Source: Kofleriaceae bacterium (GTDB taxonomy: Bacteria; Myxococcota_A; Polyangia; Haliangiales; Haliangiaceae). Taken from it: a DNA stretch of 23,359 bases. The stretch covers positions 1 through 23,359 of the forward strand of contig JBKJLC010000035.1 of assembly GCA_046597055.1 (NCBI GenBank). The letters are read 5' to 3'. A program made the position numbers and the translations under genes. Shown here piece by piece: positions 8,533 to 17,011 of this stretch; position 1 is the stretch's first letter, and each line of letters starts with the position of its first letter. The notes under the pieces are model-generated. The model was given only the letters and a program-made list of their open reading frames with translations. It was not told the DNA's origin and did not search any database.

Positions 8533-11121
8533 ATGAGCCGTGAGTTTGCGCTGCCTGGCACCCGTCCTCGCTACGCCCCGGACCGCCCGGTCGACGTCGA
8601 GCACTACCGGATCGCGGTCGCGCTGTTCCCCGACGAGCGGCGCATCACCGGGACCACCGGGGTCACCGCGCGGGTGCTCGCGCCCGAGATCAAGCGGGTC
8701 TGCCTCGACGCGGTCGAGCTCGAGATCACCGCGGTGCGCGAGGGCGACACCCCGCGCCGGTTCGAGCACGACGGTCGGATCCTGACCGTCGACCTCGGCG
8801 GGCCGCGCGCCGAGGGCAGTCGTTTCACGATCCAGATCGAGTACGCGGCCCGGCCGCGGCGCGGGCTCTACTTCGTCGGCCCCGACGCCGGCTACCCCGA
8901 CAAGCCGTCGATGGCGTGGACCCAGGGCCAGGACGAGGACTCTCGCTACTGGTTCCCGTGCGTCGACACCCCCCACGACAAGGCGACCAGCGAGGTCATC
9001 GCCGAGGTGCCGGCGGCCTGGTACGCCCTGTCGAACGGCGAGCTGGTCACCGATCGCAAGGACGGCGAGCGCCGCACCCTGCACTGGCGGCACGCGACGC
9101 CGCACTCCTGCTATCTGGTCACGCTGGCCGCCGGCGATCTGATCACGATCGAGGCCAAGTGGCGCGACGTGCCGGTGACCTACCACGCGGCCCGCGGTCG
9201 CGAGGCCGACGCCCGCCGGACCCTGGCGCGCACCCCGGCGATGCTCGAGCTGTTCTCGGAGAAGTTCGGCGTCCCCTATCCGTATCCCCGCTACGCTCAG
9301 GTGTTCGTCGCCGACTTCATCTTCGGCGGCATGGAGAACACCAGCGCGACCACGCTGACCGACGCGGTCCTGCTCGACGAGCGGGCCGCGCTCGACGACG
9401 ACGAGGACGCGCTGATCGCCCACGAGCTCGCCCACCAGTGGTTCGGCGATCTGGTCACCTGCCGCGACTGGGGCGAGGGCTGGCTCAACGAGGGCTTCGC
9501 CACCTACGCCGAGTACATCTGGCGCGAGCACAAGGACGGCCGCGACGCCGCCGACCTGACGCTCGACGAGTTCGCCGAGATGTACTTCCACGAGGACGGC
9601 TGCCGCTACCGCCGGCCGATCGCGACCAAGCTCTACGACGAGCCGATCGACATCTTCGATCACCACCTCTACGACAAGGGCGGGCGGGTCCTGCACATGC
9701 TGCGGCAGGTCGTCGGCGACGACCTGTTCTGGAAGAGCCTGCGCGTCTACCTCGAGAAGCACCGCCACGGCGTGGTCGAGACCCGCGATCTCGCGCGCGC
9801 GATCGAGGACGCCACCGGCCGCGTGCTCGACTGGTTCTTCAGCCAGTGGGTGATCGAGGGCGCCGGCCATCCCGAGCTCAAGCTCGGCACCAGCTGGGAC
9901 GCCGACGCCGGCGTCATGACCGTGACCGTCGAGCAGACCCAGAAGGTGGAGGGCAAGACGCCGCTGTTCCGGCTGCCGACCACGCTGCGGTTCCGGGTCG
10001 GCGATCACGATGTCGACGTGCCGATCGAGATCATCGAGCCGCGGCACGCCTTCCACGTGCGGCTCGAGGCCGAGCCGACCCAGGTGATCTTCGATCCCGG
10101 GCGCACCATCCTCGCCACCGTCGACCACGACAAGGGCCTGCAGCTGTGGGCCAGCGAGCTGGGGTCGGCGACCTTCGCGATCGACCGCGGCTACGCGGCG
10201 CGCGCGCTCGGCGCCAAGGGCGGGCCCAAGGCGATGGCCGCGCTGACCACCGCGCTGACCAGCGATCCGTTCTGGGCGGTGCGCGGCACCGCCGCGGCCG
10301 CGCTCGGCACCCTGCGCGGCGACGACGCGCGCGACGCCCTGCTCGCGGCGCTCGCGGCCGAGCCGCACCCGCGCGCCCGCCGGGCGATCGTGAAGGCGAT
10401 CGGCGAGCTGCGCGGCAGCGCCGCGGCCGCGACCGAGCTGGTCGAGCTGATCGAGCGCGGCGATCCCAGCTACTTCGTCGAGGCCGAGGCCTGCCTGGCG
10501 CTCGGCCGCCTGCGCGCGCCCGAGGCGCCCGCGGTGCTGCGCCGCGCGGCGACCCGCGAGTCGTACCTCGACGTCATCCGCTCGCACTGCTGGCGCGGCC
10601 TGGCCGAGGCCCGCGACGACAGCGCGATCGACCTCCTGATCGAGGCGACCGGGTGGGGCCGGCCGTCGCAGGGTCGCCGCGCTGCGATCTCGGCGCTGGC
10701 CCAGCTCGGCAAGGGCCGGCGCGATCGTGACGGCGTCCGGATCCGCGAGCAGCTCGAGGACCTGCTCGACGATCGCGACTTCCGGGTCACGATGTCGGCG
10801 CTCGAGGGCCTCGGCGTCCTCGGCGATCCGGGTGCGGTCGCCGCGCTCGAGCGGGCGGTGGGCCGCGCGCTCGACGGCCGGCTCAAGCGCCGGGCCCGCG
10901 AGGTGATCCGCGATCTGGGCGAGAAGGCCGGGCCGGCCGAGGAGATCAACCGGCTGCGCGACCAGGTGTCCGAGCTCCGGACACAGACCACGAGCCTGCG
11001 CGACCGGCTCGACCGGCTCGAGGTCCGGGTCGACCCGATCCGTGGCGATGATCACACCGGTAAGAAGGCGAAGAAGGTGGCGAAGAAGGCGGCGAAGGCC
11101 GCGCGCAAGCAAGGTGCGTGA
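8533..11121 (+). CDS. pepN: M1-family aminopeptidase N with C-terminal HEAT repeats, coiled coil and Lys/Ala tail
   Basis: Start MSREFALPG at ATG 8533 inside track ORF 7795..11121. GGMEN, HELAHQWFGDLVTCRDWGEGWLNEG, YDKG; HEAT repeats (DPFWAVRGTAAAALG, DPSYFVEAEACLALG, DRDFRVTMSALEGLG). No signal peptide. Confidence 0.94.
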   Translation: MSREFALPGTRPRYAPDRPVDVEHYRIAVALFPDERRITGTTGVTARVLAPEIKRVCLDAVELEITAVREGDTPRRFEHDGRILTVDLGGPRAEGSRFTIQIEYAARPRRGLYFVGPDAGYPDKPSMAWTQGQDEDSRYWFPCVDTPHDKATSEVIAEVPAAWYALSNGELVTDRKDGERRTLHWRHATPHSCYLVTLAAGDLITIEAKWRDVPVTYHAARGREADARRTLARTPAMLELFSEKFGVPYPYPRYAQVFVADFIFGGMENTSATTLTDAVLLDERAALDDDEDALIAHELAHQWFGDLVTCRDWGEGWLNEGFATYAEYIWREHKDGRDAADLTLDEFAEMYFHEDGCRYRRPIATKLYDEPIDIFDHHLYDKGGRVLHMLRQVVGDDLFWKSLRVYLEKHRHGVVETRDLARAIEDATGRVLDWFFSQWVIEGAGHPELKLGTSWDADAGVMTVTVEQTQKVEGKTPLFRLPTTLRFRVGDHDVDVPIEIIEPRHAFHVRLEAEPTQVIFDPGRTILATVDHDKGLQLWASELGSATFAIDRGYAARALGAKGGPKAMAALTTALTSDPFWAVRGTAAAALGTLRGDDARDALLAALAAEPHPRARRAIVKAIGELRGSAAAATELVELIERGDPSYFVEAEACLALGRLRAPEAPAVLRRAATRESYLDVIRSHCWRGLAEARDDSAIDLLIEATGWGRPSQGRRAAISALAQLGKGRRDRDGVRIREQLEDLLDDRDFRVTMSALEGLGVLGDPGAVAALERAVGRALDGRLKRRAREVIRDLGEKAGPAEEINRLRDQVSELRTQTTSLRDRLDRLEVRVDPIRGDDHTGKKAKKVAKKAAKAARKQGA

Positions 11122-11177
11122 GGCGAGCGGGAGTGGCGACCGCGCCGGCCCACGGTCGCGTGATACCGTAGCGGACC

Positions 11178-12608
11178 ATGAGGACGTGCCTACCTAGCTT
11201 GCTCCTCCTCCTTACCGCGTGTTCGTTCCAGGGCGCCGACCCCGGCGAGGATGGGCGGGCGCCCCCCGACAGCGCGGTGCCCGATCCCGACGCCACCGAC
11301 GAGCCCGACCCCGACGCGGGGTGTGCCGCGCGCTGCGACGGCAACCAGCTGATCACCTGCACCGCGGGCGTGCCCAACCCGCCGGTCGCGTGCGCGGTCG
11401 GGTGCGGCACCAGCGGCGGGCCTCACTGCCAGGAGATCGTGCCGTCCAACGGCGCGACCCGCGCCGACCTGCTGAACGTCACCAGCGGGATCGCGGTCGC
11501 CGCCGGCCAGACCGTCACGATCGACACCGACAGCGGCGCGATCACGCGCTCGAACGGCGCCGCCATTCGCGCTGCCGGCCCCGGCCTCGTGAACGGCATC
11601 GGCTTCCGGACCGCGAGCCAGGGCGGCAACGGGGTCCCCGAGATCGCGATCTTCTCGGTCGCGGCGCTGAGCGTGGCGGGCGCGAGCGGGATGACCGACG
11701 AGGGCGAGCTGAGCGTGATCGGCAGTCGGTCGGTGGTGATCCTCGCGGCCAACGCGGTCACCATCAGCGGCGTGGTCGACGTCAGCGCGGCGCGCGGCAT
11801 CGGCGGCCAGGCCTCGGCCGGTCCCGGCGGCGGCACGGGCGCCACCGTCGCCGCCCCGGCCACCGGTTGCGCGCCCGGGCAGCCCGGCAACTTCGTGGTC
11901 GGCGCGCACACCGGCGGTGGTGGCGGCGGCAACGGCACCCTGGGTGCCGCGGGCGGCGCGGGTGGTGCCGGGAACACCACCGCGGGCGGCACGGTGACCG
12001 CGGAGCTCAGCGCCTGCAGCGGCGCGGATCTGGTGCCGCTCGAGGGCGGCTCCGGCGGTGGTCGCGGCTCCACCAATCCGGTCACCGGCGGCATCGTGGC
12101 GGCCATTGGCGGCGGCGGTGGCGGCGCCGTCCAGATCACGTCCTTCGTGTCGATCACCGTCAGCGGCGCCACCGCGGACCTCTACGCCGGCGGCGCCGGT
12201 GGGGATGGCATTGCGAGTGACGAGGGCGGCGGCGGTGCCGGCGCCGGTGGCGGCATCTTGCTCGAGGCGCCGACCGTCGCGATCAGCGGCGGACATGTCA
12301 CCGCCAATGGCGGCGGCGGCGGCAGCGGCAAGGAAGCGCTGCGCGGCCAGAACGGGCTCCACGAGGCCGTGCGCGCCATCGGCGGCGCGGGCACTGGCAT
12401 GGGCGACAACACCGGCCGCGGCGGGTCGGGTAGCATCGGCACGGCAGCGGGACAGGAAGCGACCGCGGGCAACGGCGGCACCGATGGCACGGGGGGCGGC
12501 GGCGGCGGTGCCGGTGTCATCCGGCTCAACGGCGTGAGCGCGCCTACGGTTACCGGCGGGGCCGTCGTCAGTCCCGCGCCCTCGGTCGGAACGCTCGCAG
12601 TCCAGTAA
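11178..12608 (+). CDS. Secreted glycine-rich lipoprotein (PE_PGRS-like composition, Cys-rich N-terminal module)
   Basis: MRTCLPSLLLLLTAC lipobox, PDA linker, module with six Cys, then Gly runs alternating with short hydrophobic strands (PLEGGSGGG, GGGGGGAVQI, GAGGGILLEAP, TANGGGGG, GGAGVIRL). Confidence 0.85.
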   Translation: MRTCLPSLLLLLTACSFQGADPGEDGRAPPDSAVPDPDATDEPDPDAGCAARCDGNQLITCTAGVPNPPVACAVGCGTSGGPHCQEIVPSNGATRADLLNVTSGIAVAAGQTVTIDTDSGAITRSNGAAIRAAGPGLVNGIGFRTASQGGNGVPEIAIFSVAALSVAGASGMTDEGELSVIGSRSVVILAANAVTISGVVDVSAARGIGGQASAGPGGGTGATVAAPATGCAPGQPGNFVVGAHTGGGGGGNGTLGAAGGAGGAGNTTAGGTVTAELSACSGADLVPLEGGSGGGRGSTNPVTGGIVAAIGGGGGGAVQITSFVSITVSGATADLYAGGAGGDGIASDEGGGGAGAGGGILLEAPTVAISGGHVTANGGGGGSGKEALRGQNGLHEAVRAIGGAGTGMGDNTGRGGSGSIGTAAGQEATAGNGGTDGTGGGGGGAGVIRLNGVSAPTVTGGAVVSPAPSVGTLAVQ

Positions 12609-12852
12609 CGGAACAATCGGACCGTTGCGTTCTGCCCCGGCGCTGAGCCGGTGCTGGGCGTTTCGCCCCGGCGGAGGAGGGGGCGACGTCTGCTTACGTG
12701 AGGCGCGCAGATCGCAGCCCCGGCGGGGTCAACGTGCGACCTCGCACACATGACCGCTGACAGCCTCGGACAGGCGCGAATGGCACGAGTCGTGAGTATG
12801 GCCATCTCGCCGCGCACGGGTAGGGGAACACCCCGCGCGGCGGAGAGAAGTC

Positions 12853-14259
12853 ATGAACACGATCATCCGCTCTGTGTCGCGCGCCTCGCTGGCGTGCGTG
12901 TTCGCGGCCGGCCTGGCTGGCGTCGCGACGGCTGAGCGCCGACCGGTGCCGCTCGGCGTGGTCGGTGGCGCTGCGGTCCACGACCCGATCCCGCGCTCGA
13001 CCTACATGATCTTCGACGCGGCGCCCGGCCACTCGGGCCCGGTGATGCCGAGCGCGATCGAGCACGCGGCGCCGACCGTCATCTACATGAACCGCATGGG
13101 CGGGACGTATTCCCCCGGGAACAACGACGCGCGCACCAACCGCTCGTCGATCCCCAGCACGACGTCGCGGATCAGCCCGTGGCGGGTCAGCGAAGCTGGC
13201 TGGCAGCAGGTCATGACGTGCATGCGCGGCCAGTTCGCGCGCTTCAACGTCACCGTGACCGACGTCGATCCCGGCAACGTGCCGCACATCGAGTCGGTGG
13301 TGGCCGGCTCGCCGCAGAACGTCGGCATGGGCAACGGTGTCGGCGGCGTGTCGCCATTCAGCAGCGACTGCTCGACGATCCCCAACTCGATCGTCTTCAC
13401 GTTCGCCGAGGTCTACGGCACCGCGTATCGCAGCATCTGCGAGACCGCGGCCCAGGAGGTCTCGCACTCGTTCGGCCTCGATCACGAGTTCGAGTGCAAA
13501 GACCCGATGACGTACCTCTCCGACTGCGGCGTGAAGGAGTTCCAGAATCTCGCCGCGCGCTGCGGCGAGTACAGCGCGCGCACCTGCCAGTGCGGCGCCT
13601 CGACCCAGAACTCGGTGACGATGTTGACCGCCCGCCTCGGCGCGGCCAACAGCCCGCCGGTGGTCGCGATCACCCAGCCGGCGGCCGGCGCCACGGTCGC
13701 CCCCGGCTTCGCGATCGCGGTCAACGCGACCGACGCTGGCGCGGTCCAGCGGGTCGAGCTCTGGATCGACGGCGCGCTGGTCACCACCGACACCACCGCG
13801 CCCTGGACCTTCACGGCACCCGCGAGCGTCGGCGACGGCGCCCACACGGTCGAGGCGCGCGCGGTCGACGACGGCCTGGCGACCACCGCGTCCAGCGTGA
13901 CCGTCACCGTCATGACCCCCAGCGGCGGCGGCGGCCCGGACGCCGGTACCGGCGGTGGCGGTGGCGGTGGTGGTGGTGGTGGCGGTGGCGGTGGCGGTGG
14001 TGGTGGCGGCGGTGACCCGGATGCGGGCGGCACCGGCGGCGGCGGGGCCGGTGGTGATGCCGGCGCCGGTACGTCCAGCGAAGGCAGCCCCGAGGTCACC
14101 GGCGGCTGCGCCACCAGCGGTGGCGGCACCGGAGCCGCCACCCTCCTGCTCGTGGCCATCGGCGGCCTGCCCCTCGTCCGTCGGCGCCGCCACGCCTCGG
14201 ATTGCGAGGGCCCGGAACCTCGCCGCACACCGCTGACTCTCCCGCCCACCTGCTATTGA
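12853..14259 (+). CDS. Secreted metzincin-like (QExxHxxGxxH) protein with Ig-like domain, poly-Gly linker and MYXO-CTERM-like anchor
   Basis: RBS GGAG upstream; signal peptide ending ATA; QEVSHSFGLDH followed by Met-turn-like DPMTY; Ig-like PVVAITQP...VQRVELWIDG...APWTF...GAHTVEARAVD; GGCAT-linker-hydrophobic-RRRR. Confidence 0.88.
   Translation: MNTIIRSVSRASLACVFAAGLAGVATAERRPVPLGVVGGAAVHDPIPRSTYMIFDAAPGHSGPVMPSAIEHAAPTVIYMNRMGGTYSPGNNDARTNRSSIPSTTSRISPWRVSEAGWQQVMTCMRGQFARFNVTVTDVDPGNVPHIESVVAGSPQNVGMGNGVGGVSPFSSDCSTIPNSIVFTFAEVYGTAYRSICETAAQEVSHSFGLDHEFECKDPMTYLSDCGVKEFQNLAARCGEYSARTCQCGASTQNSVTMLTARLGAANSPPVVAITQPAAGATVAPGFAIAVNATDAGAVQRVELWIDGALVTTDTTAPWTFTAPASVGDGAHTVEARAVDDGLATTASSVTVTVMTPSGGGGPDAGTGGGGGGGGGGGGGGGGGGGGGDPDAGGTGGGGAGGDAGAGTSSEGSPEVTGGCATSGGGTGAATLLLVAIGGLPLVRRRRHASDCEGPEPRRTPLTLPPTCY
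13951..14013 (+). repeat. GGY trinucleotide tract encoding 21 consecutive Gly
   Basis: 21 GGC/GGT codons; 13951-13980 and 13981-14010 differ at only 2 of 30 nt. Confidence 0.9.
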
Positions 14260-14284
14260 CACCGGCGACGGCCTCGTCTAGAAC
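14256..14284 (+). promoter_or_regulatory. Putative sigma70 promoter of the tRNA operon
   Basis: Perfect TTGACA (14256-14261), 17-bp spacer, TAGAAC (14279-14284), 23 bp upstream of tRNA-Val. Confidence 0.65.
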
Positions 14285-14307
14285 GCTCTGACCTCGCGGA
14301 CAAACGC

Positions 14308-14379
14308 GGGCGGATAGCTCAGCGGAAGAGCATAGCCTTTACACGGCTGTGGTCGCAGGTTCGAACCCTGCTCCGCCTA
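14308..14379 (+). tRNA. tRNA-Val (anticodon TAC), CCA not encoded
   Basis: Cloverleaf: acceptor GGGCGGA/TCCGCCT, D arm GCTC/GAGC, anticodon TAGCC-TTTACAC-GGCTG, T arm GCAGG-TTCGAAC-CCTGC, discriminator A followed by CGA. Confidence 0.95.
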
Positions 14380-14396
14380 CGAGCCACTGAAAACTT

Positions 14397-14473
<77 letters not shown>

Positions 14474-14504
14474 GTCGTCCCTGGCCCTCAACCTGGACGC
14501 CACG

Positions 14505-14535
14505 AGAATCAGCAGGGAAACCTGCTGATTCTTTT
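14505..14535 (+). terminator. Rho-independent terminator of the tRNA operon
   Basis: Perfect 12-bp stem AGAATCAGCAGG/CCTGCTGATTCT with a GAAA tetraloop, followed by T-rich TTTGCGTTTT. Confidence 0.85.
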
Positions 14536-14673
14536 GCGTTTTCGGGCAACGGTGTCGCTGCACCAGAGCGTCCTGAATCGGGAATTGAGCGAAAGACGGG
14601 TGAACTTTCGCCCATGCTCTCGCGCTCTGGGGGAGCGGCCCTGGGCTTGACTGCCCCGCTCGCTCCCGTTGGA

Positions 14674-14883
14674 TCCGGAGCATGCTCCGGAAGGAGCGGG
14701 AGCATGCTCCGGATCGAGCGCGGCGATCTCCGGAGAGTCGCGCGGGAGAATTTCTCCGGAGATCGGGAGAGGTCGGGAGATTCTCTCCGGACCGCGCGGG
14801 AGATTCTCTTCCGGAAGTCGGGAGATTCTCTCCGGAAGGGTCGGGAGATTCTCTCCGGAGGCGCTGGTCGGGAGATTCTCCGG
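14674..14883. repeat. Array of quasi-palindromic ~18-bp repeats, consensus CGGGAGATTCTCTCCGGA
   Basis: Copies start at 14743, 14774, 14797, 14819, 14842 and 14869 (core spacing 23, 22, 23, 27); variant GGAGCATGCTCCGGA units at 14674 (perfect 18-bp palindrome) and 14697. Confidence 0.9.
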
Positions 14884-15004
14884 CACCCGCAGGTGGGCTG
14901 GCGCCGAGCCGGCCGGCAGCTTCGGACCTTCGGAGCTCGCTTGCCCGTGACCTGCGACGTCTGCTCCGGCCTCCACCCGCTTTGTGCGCCGTGCCTGCCC
15001 AAGC

Positions 15005-15526
15005 ATGTCGAAGCCCACACACGGCGATCGCCCGCAGCGCCGGCGAGAAATGGGGCCGGCGGTTACTCGGGACGGTGCGGCCTGGCCTGACACCGAGGTT
15101 GCCGGCATCGTCGCCCGCGAGCTGGTCGCCGACCTGGCCGCGTACGAGGCCGCCGCGTTGGAGCCGCTCGCCACGACGTGCCGCGAGGCAGCTTGGGCGT
15201 CTACGATCGGGGGCCGGTGCTCCGGAGCTCGGTGGCGTTCCGGGTGGCAGTGGCGCGACGAGCTCCCGGTCCCCGCCCACCGCGTCACCCGCCGCGCGCG
15301 CACCGAGCCGTTCCACGTCGGCCACGTCGCCGAGATCCGTCGGGCCGAGCGTCGCGCGCCCGCCGAGCGCCCGGCTCCACCGGCGGCCGCCCCGCCACCC
15401 GCCGCCGCGCCGCGCGCGGGTCTCGAGCACCTGGTGCGAACCGGGCTCCGTCACCTGGTCGCCCGCGCTCGCCGCATCACCGATCAGCTCGAGGCCCGGC
15501 TGGGCTCGCCGCCCGGCGGCCGCTGA
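15005..15526 (+). CDS. Hypothetical protein (Pro/Ala linker, helical C-terminus)
   Basis: ORF with GC3-rich codons; ATG 15005 is in frame with track ORF 14984..15526; no recognisable domain. Confidence 0.55.
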   Translation: MSKPTHGDRPQRRREMGPAVTRDGAAWPDTEVAGIVARELVADLAAYEAAALEPLATTCREAAWASTIGGRCSGARWRSGWQWRDELPVPAHRVTRRARTEPFHVGHVAEIRRAERRAPAERPAPPAAAPPPAAAPRAGLEHLVRTGLRHLVARARRITDQLEARLGSPPGGR

Positions 15527-15591
15527 ACCGCGGCCAGGAGCCGCGACTCACAGTCCCCCCACCTGGCACGATCCGTGGATAGGGTGCGGCC

Positions 15592-16074
15592 ATGCGCGCC
15601 TCGCTGCTCGGTCTCCTCGTCATCACCGTCTCCGCCTGCAGCGAGGCCCGGCCCGAGGACCTCGAGCTGCACGGCATGGGCGAGTATCACCTGTTGGGCG
15701 GCCGCGAGGTCTGGCATCTCGAGGTGCTGGCGCCGGCGGCACCGTCGGAGATTCGCGTCGAGTACGGCACCGCGAGCGGCCCCCTGAACGAGCAGCGGGG
15801 GATCCTGACCGCGGCGGCCCAGGTCCGCCTGGACGAGGCGCTGATCCACCTGGCCGACCACTGGGACAGCGACCTGTCACAGTGCCGCGACGACTGCTGG
15901 GACTTTGTCTCGTACGGGGTCACCGACCGGGACGGGCGCTCGATCGGCGGGCAATACAGCACCCCACCAGCGGCGTTCGCCCCGCTCGACAGTCTCGGCC
16001 GCGACGTGACCCACGAGCTGAGCGGCTGCGGCCCGCGCGTGCTGACCGAGCCGTCGCCCGCGTGCCTCGATTGA
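15592..16074 (+). CDS. Hypothetical lipoprotein
   Basis: MRASLLGLLVITVSAC lipobox, coding-like codon usage, four further Cys (CRDDC, C, C). Confidence 0.75.
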   Translation: MRASLLGLLVITVSACSEARPEDLELHGMGEYHLLGGREVWHLEVLAPAAPSEIRVEYGTASGPLNEQRGILTAAAQVRLDEALIHLADHWDSDLSQCRDDCWDFVSYGVTDRDGRSIGGQYSTPPAAFAPLDSLGRDVTHELSGCGPRVLTEPSPACLD

Positions 16075-16295
16075 GGTCGCGGCGGGTCAGGTGACCTCGC
16101 GCCCGCGTCACCGCGCGGGTACCGGCACATCGCCGGTGGTGCCCCACGAGACGGTGCGGGCGGCGCCGCTGGCCTGCCGGATCGTCCACAGCGCGGTCGT
16201 GCTCGACCAGGTCGCGAGGTCGACGCGACCGTTGCCGTCGTAGTCGGCCGGGAAGGCGTTGGGCTGCTACGGCCGCCGCCGTGCAGCACTCGATC

Positions 16296-16514
16296 ATGGT
16301 CCTCGCGAGTACGCGTGCCGACGGCACCGGCTACGTCGGCGAAGGGCTCGACGTTTACCTGTGGTGGTACCTGGGCGTCGTTGTCGCCCCGATCGTGATC
16401 CTGATCTGCATCGCGCTCTACCTCCGGCTCCGACGGTCGCGGCCCACCGCGCCCGAGGCCAGCCAGCCAGCCGAGTTGCCCCGCGCGCGAGTCCACGTGC
16501 GCGACAAGACCTAG
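16296..16514 (+). CDS. Small single-pass membrane protein
   Basis: TM segment VYLWWYLGVVVAPIVILICIALYL followed by basic RLRRSR, a Pro-rich linker and an LPRARV tail. Confidence 0.7.
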   Translation: MVLASTRADGTGYVGEGLDVYLWWYLGVVVAPIVILICIALYLRLRRSRPTAPEASQPAELPRARVHVRDKT

Positions 16515-17011
16515 CGCTGGGAGCTGTGCCGCTGCGCTTTCGTGCTCCATCACCATCCACCGTCCGTTGATCCTGGTCCTTCTTGAGCAGCTCGGCCAGG
16601 GCGCCGAGGTTGACCGGCGACCCGGCGGCGGCCGCGGCGAGGGACGCGATCCAGAGGGCAACTTCGAGGGTGGGCAAGGCTGGCCGGCAGAGCAGAGCGA
16701 GTGCCGGCCGCAATCTAGGTCGTCCCCCTCGAATGCGGAGCGGGAAGTTGTCCGCGAGGACCGTCCAGCGCTCGGCGACGCCGTCCATCGGCGCGGCTAG
16801 AGCCCGCCGTCCACCAGCAGCGGCGATCACGTCTCCAAGCGGTGGTGGGTGAGTTGTTCCAAGGTCCTTCCCAGGGCCGCTGGCCATCCAGGAGCGGGTG
16901 TGCCCTGTAGCGCCCGGCGGCCGCGGCTGTCCAGCCTGTCGCCGCCGCGTACACATCCGCGCTCGGGACTACCGCCGCGGTTGCCGGATCTCATGGACGG
17001 GACCGTATGAA

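Noticed and set aside
368..11112. Very long antisense or alternate-frame ORFs (368..3580 +, 4019..6340 -, 6587..8512 -, 8461..11112 -)
   Set aside because: Shadow ORFs typical of very high-GC DNA; the overlapping frames carry the clear family motifs.
12636..12692. Terminator after the Gly-rich gene
   Set aside because: GC hairpins are present but imperfect and have no U-tract.
14674..14883. CRISPR or TIGR-type guide array
   Set aside because: Repeats are only about 18 bp, the linkers between core units are 3-9 bp and irregular, and no cas or other effector gene is in the window.
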